Made by a program: the position numbers and the translations under genes. Shown here piece after piece: positions 57,671-64,000 of a DNA stretch of 64,000 nt. The DNA lies in the NCBI GenBank assembly GCA_965217585.1, contig OZ244561.1:4384001-4448000 (forward strand), given 5' to 3'. The notes beneath the pieces were generated by a model. The model made no database searches and was not told where the DNA came from. It worked only from the letters and a program-made list of their open reading frames with translations. Numbering within the stretch: position 1 is the stretch's first letter; every line of letters begins with the position of its first letter. This DNA comes from Candidatus Latescibacterota bacterium. Its GTDB lineage: Bacteria > Latescibacterota > UBA2968 > UBA8231.

Positions 57671-58627
57671 TTACTCGCTCTTGCGCTCCCATCCGCTCGT
57701 CTTCCAATGCCTTCCTTGTCGCTTAAAGCCAGACTCCTTGGGCGGCAGCAAGCCGCGCAGGTGTTGGCCGCCAAAGGCAAAGCCCGCTAGACCGGGGAAG
57801 CCGCGGTCCTCGTTTTCGACGCACAGCACGTAGTCGTAGCCGGATTCCCACAGCGCGCCGATGATGGTGCTCCAGTTGAGTTGGCCGCGGCCGGGAACGC
57901 GGTATTGCCACCACCAGTTGCCGATGATGCCCTGGCGGTAGAGCATCCGCTGACTGATCTCGCAGTCCTTGACATCGGCGTAGTACCAATGGCCGGCAAA
58001 GTCGCGGATGACGTCTTCGACCGGCAGGATGTGCATCCACAGCCAGTGCGAGGGATCGCAGGACAGGCCGAGGTGATCCGAAGGCACGGCGGCGAGAATT
58101 TTTTCCCACATCTCCGGGTTGCAGCCGATTTGGCCCATGCGCACGGCCACATCGAGCGCGAGCCGGACGCCGCTGTCTGCGGCCGCTTGCACCACGGGTT
58201 CGAACATGGCTTGGAAGCGGTCAACTAGCTCGTCGGAACGGTCGCTGGGGTTGCCGGGTTCGGAGGAGAACATGCCGTAGAACTGGCCGTTGCGGACGGG
58301 CGCGCCGCTGCTGGTGACGATGACTGGGCAGTCGAGGGCGCGGGCCGACGCAATGGCCTTGAGCAGCTTGGCTTGGGCGGCGCGGGCCTGTTCGCGGTCG
58401 TCGTCGAGCAGGTTGTAGTGCGCGGTGAGGGCGGCGAGGTACAGGTCGTGCTGGCGCAAGGTCGCTAGCACCGACTCTGGCCCGACCGATAGAATGTGGT
58501 CGGAGTCGAGCGCGCCGGAATCGTTCAAGCGCACGCAGTCGAAATCGTGCTCCCGCGCCCAGCGGGCGCATTCGTCGAGGCTCCAATTGTTGGTGCCGCC
58601 GGCACTGGTCATAAAACTTATATCCAC
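57671..58627 (-). CDS. Sugar-phosphate isomerase/epimerase (AP endonuclease 2 TIM barrel)
   Basis: GGAGG before GTG 58627; CDPSHWLW, DVKD, RVPGRG, CVENED. Confidence 0.8.
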   Translation of the reverse strand: MDISFMTSAGGTNNWSLDECARWAREHDFDCVRLNDSGALDSDHILSVGPESVLATLRQHDLYLAALTAHYNLLDDDREQARAAQAKLLKAIASARALDCPVIVTSSGAPVRNGQFYGMFSSEPGNPSDRSDELVDRFQAMFEPVVQAAADSGVRLALDVAVRMGQIGCNPEMWEKILAAVPSDHLGLSCDPSHWLWMHILPVEDVIRDFAGHWYYADVKDCEISQRMLYRQGIIGNWWWQYRVPGRGQLNWSTIIGALWESGYDYVLCVENEDRGFPGLAGFAFGGQHLRGLLPPKESGFKRQGRHWKTSGWERKSE

Positions 58628-58705
58628 GAGCGAGTCTCCTCCGCTTGAAATCGCGAGTCTTATGGTTAGATTTTTGTGCTCACTCTCACAAAAGAAAGCA
58701 ATGTC

Positions 58706-59932
58706 ATGGTGCATATCAACGATCATTACCTCAAGCTCAAAGCCGGTTACCTTTTTCCAGAAATCTCCCGCCGGGTTGATGCGTTTACCGCCGCTCACCC
58801 CCAAGCCGACGTGATCCGCTTGGGGATCGGCGATGTGGTCAAGGGCATCCCGCGGCCGATTGTCGATGCGATGAAAGAGGCCGTCGAGGAAATGGCCCAC
58901 GACGACACCTTACAGGGCTATCCGCCCGACCAGGGCCAGGATTTTTTGCGCGCAGCCATTGTCGAGCACGACTTTGCCGCGCGCGGCGTGCAGGTTCACA
59001 GCGACGAGATTTTTGTATCCGATGGGTCCAAGTGCGACTCGGGCAATGTGCAGGAAATTTTCGCCGGCGATTGCGTGGTCGCGCTGACCGATCCGGTCTA
59101 TCCAGTGTACTGCGATTCCAACGTCATGGCCGGCCGCACCGGCCCAGCCGACGCGAACGGTTCGTACGCCGGCTTGATCTACATGCCGTGTACAGCCGCC
59201 AATGACTTCGTGCCGGACCTGCCCGCAGGCCACGTTGATTTGATCTACTTGTGCTCGCCCAACAACCCTACGGGCGCGGTGATGACCCGCGCTGCCTTGG
59301 CCCGCTGGATCGAATACGCCCGTCGCGAGCAGGCGGTCATTTTATTTGACGCGGCCTACGAAAGCTACATCGCCGATCCGTCGATCCCGCACTCCATCTA
59401 CGAGGTCGAAGGTGCCCGAGAGGTAGCCATCGAGTTTCGCAGTTTTTCCAAGAATGCCGGCTTCACCGGCCTGCGCTGTGGGTGCATTGTGGTGCCCAAG
59501 GAGCTCAAGGGCCGCGCTGCCTCGGGCGGGGAAGTGGATTTGCATCGGCTGTGGGCGCGGCGGCACTCGACTAAGTTCAATGGCGTGGCGTATCCGGTGC
59601 AGCGCGCCGCGGCGGCCGCGTACTCGCCGGCCGGCCAGCAGGGCATTGCCGAGCGCGTTGCGTTCTACATGGAAAATGCTGCGATCATGCGCCAGCAGTT
59701 GGGGGCGGCCGGGCTTACCGTGTACGGGGGCGAGCATGCTCCCTATTTGTGGGTGGCCACGCCCGACGGGCAGGACAGTTGGACTTACTTTGACTACTTG
59801 CTCGACAAGGCCCACATCGTCGGCACGCCGGGTGCGGGTTTTGGCGCGGCTGGCGAGGGATACCTGCGCCTGTCGGCCTTCAATCACCGCGACCGGATCG
59901 AAGAGGCCATGGAGCGGATCAAACAGCTCTAG
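58706..59932 (+). CDS. dapL: LL-diaminopimelate aminotransferase
   Basis: [44 protein letters not shown]. Confidence 0.95.
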   Translation: MVHINDHYLKLKAGYLFPEISRRVDAFTAAHPQADVIRLGIGDVVKGIPRPIVDAMKEAVEEMAHDDTLQGYPPDQGQDFLRAAIVEHDFAARGVQVHSDEIFVSDGSKCDSGNVQEIFAGDCVVALTDPVYPVYCDSNVMAGRTGPADANGSYAGLIYMPCTAANDFVPDLPAGHVDLIYLCSPNNPTGAVMTRAALARWIEYARREQAVILFDAAYESYIADPSIPHSIYEVEGAREVAIEFRSFSKNAGFTGLRCGCIVVPKELKGRAASGGEVDLHRLWARRHSTKFNGVAYPVQRAAAAAYSPAGQQGIAERVAFYMENAAIMRQQLGAAGLTVYGGEHAPYLWVATPDGQDSWTYFDYLLDKAHIVGTPGAGFGAAGEGYLRLSAFNHRDRIEEAMERIKQL

Positions 59933-59994
59933 GGCTGCACCTCAACCTTCCTTTATTGGCACAGCTCGTTTGAGAAAATTCTGTTAAAAAATGG

Positions 59995-60045
59995 TTACAT
60001 ATATATTGACGAGTTGCAAGCGATTCATTAGATTACATATATATT
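59995..60045 (+). promoter_or_regulatory. Sigma70-type promoter overlapped by two 13-bp direct repeats (putative operators)
   Basis: TTGACG (60006-11), 17-bp spacer, TAGATT (60029-34); TTACATATATATT at 59995-60007 and 60033-60045. Confidence 0.7.
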
Positions 60046-60072
60046 AATCAAATTTTATATAATAAATATATA

Positions 60073-60279
60073 ATGTCCAAAGACCACAGTCGCCGGGCTA
60101 AGGTGCGAACCTTTTCGGCACCCGACAGGGATCACGAGATGCTCGACGCGATTGCCCGCTATCACGGCAGCAGCAAGAGCGCCATGATCGCCGGCCTCAT
60201 TCGCAAGGAATTTTGGCGCATTTTTCCCAACGGCACCGAGACCATCCCCCCCGACGAAGGAGCGCAAGTCAAGCCATGA
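60073..60279 (+). CDS. Small ribbon-helix-helix (CopG-like) protein
   Basis: VRTFS beta strand, then HEMLDAIARYHG-SSKSAMIAGLIRKE helices; ATGA overlap with nadA. Confidence 0.75.
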   Translation: MSKDHSRRAKVRTFSAPDRDHEMLDAIARYHGSSKSAMIAGLIRKEFWRIFPNGTETIPPDEGAQVKP

Positions 60280-61262
60280 CCTACTCAGAGACGCTCGCCC
60301 CAGCTGCCGGGCAGTACCACAGCGACCTGCCCGCCGAGGAGCTCATCGCCCAGATCGACCGCTTGCGCCGCGAGAAAGACGCGGTCATTCTCGCGCACAA
60401 CTACCAGATTCCGCCGATCCAAGACTTGGCCGACTTCACGGGTGATTCGCTCGGCCTGTCGGTGGAAGCTGCCAAGGCGGATGCCGAGCGCATCGTCTTT
60501 TGCGGCGTGCATTTCATGGCCGAGTCGGCCAAAATTCTCAGCCCCGACAAGCAGGTGTTCTTGCCCCATTTAGGCGCGGGCTGTTCGCTGGCCGACTCCA
60601 TCACCCCCGAAAGCCTCGACGATTGGAAAGCGGACTATCCCGATCACACGGTGGTGACGTACGTCAACTCCACGGCCGAGGTGAAGGCCGAGTCCGACAT
60701 CTGCTGCACCTCGGCCAACGCCGTCTCGGTGGTGCGCAGCCTCGATAGCGACAAGATCCTCTTTACGCCCGACCGCAACTTGGGCCGCTGGGTGGCCGAG
60801 CAGGTGCCAGAGAAAGAGATCGTCGTGTACGACGGCGTTTGCCCGACGCACGACGTGCTGCGCGCCGCCAGCGTCGAGCGCACCCGCAGCGAGTTTCCCG
60901 AGGCCGTCATCATTGCGCACCCGGAATGCCGCGAGGACGTGGTCGAAATCGCGCACGAAGTGTGTTCGACCACGGGGATGCTCAAGGCCGTAGAAAAGTA
61001 CCCCGAGGCCAAGAGCTTCATCATCGCCACGGAAAACGGCATGTTGCACCAGCTCCGGCAGCGCTTCCCGCACCAGGAGTTCGTAGCGGCTGACGGCTGC
61101 ATTGGCTGCCGGCTACACTGTCCCTACATGAAGATCACCGACCTGCAAGACGTGTACTTTTCGCTGCTCTACGAGCGCTACGAAATCAAGCTGGACGACG
61201 AGGTGATTGTGGGGGCACGGCGGGCGTTGGAGCGGATGATGGCCGTGCCGAGGGACAATTGA
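60276..61262 (+). CDS. nadA: Quinolinate synthase
   Basis: ILAHNYQ, FCGVHFMAESAK, AGCSLA, YVNS, CCTS, AHPEC, CPYMK. Confidence 0.95.
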   Translation: MTYSETLAPAAGQYHSDLPAEELIAQIDRLRREKDAVILAHNYQIPPIQDLADFTGDSLGLSVEAAKADAERIVFCGVHFMAESAKILSPDKQVFLPHLGAGCSLADSITPESLDDWKADYPDHTVVTYVNSTAEVKAESDICCTSANAVSVVRSLDSDKILFTPDRNLGRWVAEQVPEKEIVVYDGVCPTHDVLRAASVERTRSEFPEAVIIAHPECREDVVEIAHEVCSTTGMLKAVEKYPEAKSFIIATENGMLHQLRQRFPHQEFVAADGCIGCRLHCPYMKITDLQDVYFSLLYERYEIKLDDEVIVGARRALERMMAVPRDN

Positions 61263-61295
61263 GCGTAGCCCCCGTATTTCTCGCGGCGTCCTTCC

Positions 61296-62609
61296 TCACA
61301 GATAGCTATTGACGATATTCTCCAGCATTTCCTCGCGGCCACTGCGCTTTTCCGGCTCGCCGTGCTGGTGGACGTATGCCGCTAGCTCGGCGAAGTTGGT
61401 CTCGCCGCGCATGATCTTCTCGCCAATGCCGCTGCGGTACGAGGCGTAGCGCGCCTCCACAAAGGCGTCGAGCGCGCCGTCGTCGATGATGCGCTGGGCC
61501 AGCGTTAGTCCGCGGGCAAACGAGTCCATGCCGCCGATGTGGGCGTGGAAGAGATCCTCCAAGTCACAGGAACCGCGCCGCACCTTGGCGTCGAAGTTGA
61601 TGCCGCCAGGCGCGATGCCGTCTTGTTTGAGGATCACCAGCATGGCGTAGGTGGCGGAGTAGAGGTCGGTGGGGAATTGGTCGGTGTCCCAGCCGAGTAG
61701 GTAATCGCCGCGATTGGCGTCAATGCTGCCCAGTTTGCCATCGGCCGAGGCGAGCTGGAGGTCGTGTTCAAAGGTGTGGCCGGCCAAGGTGGCGTGATTG
61801 GCTTCGATGTTGAGCTTGAACTCGTCCAACAGGTCGTATTTGCGGAGGAAGCTCAAGACGGTGGCGGCGTCGTAGTCGTATTGGTGCTTGGTCGGCTCTT
61901 TGGGCTTGGGCTCCACGAGCAGGGTGCCGGTAAAGCCGATTGCCTTTTTGTGTTCGACGGCCATGTGCAAGAAGCGCGCGAGCTGGTCCTGCTCGTGGGC
62001 CATGTTGGTGTTGAGCAAGCTGGAGTACCCTTCGCGCCCGCCCCAAAACACGTAGTTGGCTCCCCCGAGCCGATGGGTGCATTCCATGGCCTTTTTGATC
62101 TGAGCCGCAGCCCACGCGAAGACGTGGGCGTCGGGGTTGGTGGCAGCCCCGTGGGTAAAGCGCGCGTGCGAAAAACAGTTGGACGTGCCCCACAGCAAGC
62201 GGACGCCCGTGTCGGCTTGCAATTGCTCGGCCAGCCCCACGATGTGGTCGAGGCGGTCGTTGCTCTCTTTGAGGGTCTCGCCTTCGGGCGCGATGTCGCG
62301 GTCGTGCCAGCAGTAGAAAGGCGCGCCGAGCTTGGTGATGAACTCAAAGGCCGCGCGCAGGGTGTCCTCGGCGCGCGGCATGGGGTCGGCGGCGCGGTCC
62401 CAGGGGCGGTCGTACACCGGAGTCGGGCCGAAAGGATCGATACCCCCGCCCTTGAAGCTGTGCCAAAAGGCGACGGAAAAGCGCAGGTGCTCGGCCATGG
62501 TTTTGCCGCCGACCAGCGCCTCGGCGTCGTAGTGCTTGAAGGCTAGAGGGTTTTTAGAATCTGGACCTTCGTAGGCAATTTTTTCGATGCCTTTAAAAAA
62601 TTCGCTCAT
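61296..62609 (-). CDS. xylA: Xylose isomerase (class II)
   Basis: WHDRDIAPEG, FWGGREGY, EPKPKEPTKHQYD, NIEANHATLAGH, GWDTDQF. Confidence 0.95.
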   Translation of the reverse strand: MSEFFKGIEKIAYEGPDSKNPLAFKHYDAEALVGGKTMAEHLRFSVAFWHSFKGGGIDPFGPTPVYDRPWDRAADPMPRAEDTLRAAFEFITKLGAPFYCWHDRDIAPEGETLKESNDRLDHIVGLAEQLQADTGVRLLWGTSNCFSHARFTHGAATNPDAHVFAWAAAQIKKAMECTHRLGGANYVFWGGREGYSSLLNTNMAHEQDQLARFLHMAVEHKKAIGFTGTLLVEPKPKEPTKHQYDYDAATVLSFLRKYDLLDEFKLNIEANHATLAGHTFEHDLQLASADGKLGSIDANRGDYLLGWDTDQFPTDLYSATYAMLVILKQDGIAPGGINFDAKVRRGSCDLEDLFHAHIGGMDSFARGLTLAQRIIDDGALDAFVEARYASYRSGIGEKIMRGETNFAELAAYVHQHGEPEKRSGREEMLENIVNSYL

Positions 62610-62637
62610 GGTTTCCCTTTCTGAGTTATGCAGTGGT

Positions 62638-63288
62638 TTACAGGAAATTCAATAGGTCCAGCGGCGCGGCGAGCAAGGCCCGGGCACCGCTTTGGCGCAG
62701 TTCGTCCCCGGAGCGAAAGCCCCACGTAGCCCCCAAGGCGTACATGCCAGCGCGAGTAGCGGTCTGCATGTCCGTATCCGTGTCGCCCAAGTAGAGGCAC
62801 TCTTCCGGGCTGTGGCCGAGGGCCGCGGCGATGTGCAGGGCCGCGGCTGGGTCGGGCTTGCGCGGGACGTCGGGCTGCGCCCCGCAGACCGGGTAAAAGG
62901 ACCAGCGCGGCAGCAGCGCATCGACGGCGAGGAGCGTAAAGGCTTGGGGTTTGTTGGAGAGGATGGCCATGGGCATCCGGCGCTCGCTCAGTGCGTCGAG
63001 TAGCTCGGGCACGCCTGCGTAGGGCTGGGTTTTGGCCTGCCAGCGCCGGCTGTACTCGGCTTCCATTGCGGCCTTGGCGCGAGCGACGGAAGCGTCGTCG
63101 CGGGCCGTGGCTGGTAGGGCACAGCGCACCAAGTTTTCAATGCCGTTGCCGACGAAGTAGCGGTACGCGTCGGTGGGATGCGGTGGGTGCCCGGCCGCAG
63201 CGAGCGCGGCGTTGGTCGAATCTGCGAGGTCGACGAGCGTGTCGAGCAGGGTGCCGTCGAGGTCGAAGATTGCGGCCGCAAAGCGCAT
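62638..63288 (-). CDS. HAD-family hydrolase (phosphoglycolate phosphatase-like)
   Basis: FDLDGTLLDT, LSNK, KPDP, GDTDTD. Confidence 0.9.
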   Translation of the reverse strand: MRFAAAIFDLDGTLLDTLVDLADSTNAALAAAGHPPHPTDAYRYFVGNGIENLVRCALPATARDDASVARAKAAMEAEYSRRWQAKTQPYAGVPELLDALSERRMPMAILSNKPQAFTLLAVDALLPRWSFYPVCGAQPDVPRKPDPAAALHIAAALGHSPEECLYLGDTDTDMQTATRAGMYALGATWGFRSGDELRQSGARALLAAPLDLLNFL

Positions 63289-63295
63289 GGGCGCC

Positions 63296-64000
63296 TCACT
63301 CTGGGGTGACGTAGGCGGCGGTGATGCCGCCATCGACGGCGAAGGTCGCGCCGGTGATGAAGGAGGCGTCGTCCGAGGCCAAGAAGACGACCGTGCGGGC
63401 GATTTCTTCAGCTTCGCCGAAGCGGCCCATGGGGATGTGGACCAAGCGGCGCTGGCGCTTCTCCTCGCTGTCGAGGTATTTCATCAGTAATTCGGTGCGC
63501 AGGGGACCGGGGCAGAGCGCGTTGACGCGGATGTTTTCGCGGGCGTGGATAACGGCTAGCTCGCGCGTCAGGGCGAGGACGCCACCCTTGCTGGCGGTAT
63601 AGGCCAATTGGGGCGTGGCCGCTCCGAGCAAGGCGACAAAAGAGGCGGTGTTGACTATTGCGCCGCCGCCGGCCCGGCGCAGGGCCGGGATGCCGTATTT
63701 GCAGCCCAAAAAGACGCCCTTGAGATTGACGGCCATGGTCAGGTCCCACACCGCTTCTTCGGTGTCGATGGCGTCGGCGTCGGCGTGGTGTGAGATGCCG
63801 GCGTTGTTGAACAGCACGTCGAGGCGACCATAAGCGGCTTCGGCTTGCTGCACCATGCGCTCGCAGTCGGCGGCGCGGGACACGTCGGCGGCGATGGCGA
63901 TGGCTTGCCCGTTGTCTGCAGCGATGGCGGCGGCCGTTTGCTCGGCTGTGGTCGCGTCGATGTCAACGGCTGCAATGTGCGCGCCTTCACGGGCGCAGTG
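63296..64000 (-). CDS. Short-chain dehydrogenase/reductase (5' end outside the window)
   Basis: NNAG, YTASKGG, NALCPG; frame is open to the window edge. Confidence 0.9.
   Translation of the reverse strand, partial: HCAREGAHIAAVDIDATTAEQTAAAIAADNGQAIAIAADVSRAADCERMVQQAEAAYGRLDVLFNNAGISHHADADAIDTEEAVWDLTMAVNLKGVFLGCKYGIPALRRAGGGAIVNTASFVALLGAATPQLAYTASKGGVLALTRELAVIHARENIRVNALCPGPLRTELLMKYLDSEEKRQRRLVHIPMGRFGEAEEIARTVVFLASDDASFITGATFAVDGGITAAYVTPE

Overview
High-GC bacterial genomic window, densely coding. The gene content (PhyH dioxygenases, enolase-superfamily enzyme, FlgD/CHU_C-type secreted proteins, CRTAC1/FG-GAP proteins, DUF6785 membrane protein) resembles Latescibacterota/Gemmatimonadota-like organisms; this taxonomy is an inference only. 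From left to right: (1) a minus-strand operon with a discoidin+CHU_C/FlgD secreted protein, three ~900-1040 aa paralogues of unknown function (predicted barrel plus Asp-rich Ca-binding loop) and a large TPR protein; (2) a deletion-riddled DASS transporter remnant split by a tnpB-only IS200/IS605 element (13871-15204, inferred TAM CCAT); (3) small catabolic genes; (4) an AT-richer island with a CARF/RtcR-like sigma54 activator, a sigma54 promoter, a structured leader, two unannotated micropeptides, a DUF3696-type ATPase, a PLD-like protein and a YoeB toxin-antitoxin pair; (5) a suf operon whose sufB-sufC junction carries ~5.2 kb of co-oriented accessory genes, some bracketed by their own inverted repeats, plus a complete ISAs1 element with a 10-bp TSD; (6) a DUF4175-TPR-MoxR-DUF58 cluster; (7) secreted proteins, several truncated or internally deleted; (8) housekeeping genes glnS, dapL, nadA (preceded by a small RHH gene with operator-like repeats) and xylA. 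No rRNA, tRNA or CRISPR array was seen. The best novelty candidates are the sigma54/micropeptide locus, the IR-bracketed cassettes in suf, the triple-paralogue operon and the RHH-nadA regulator.
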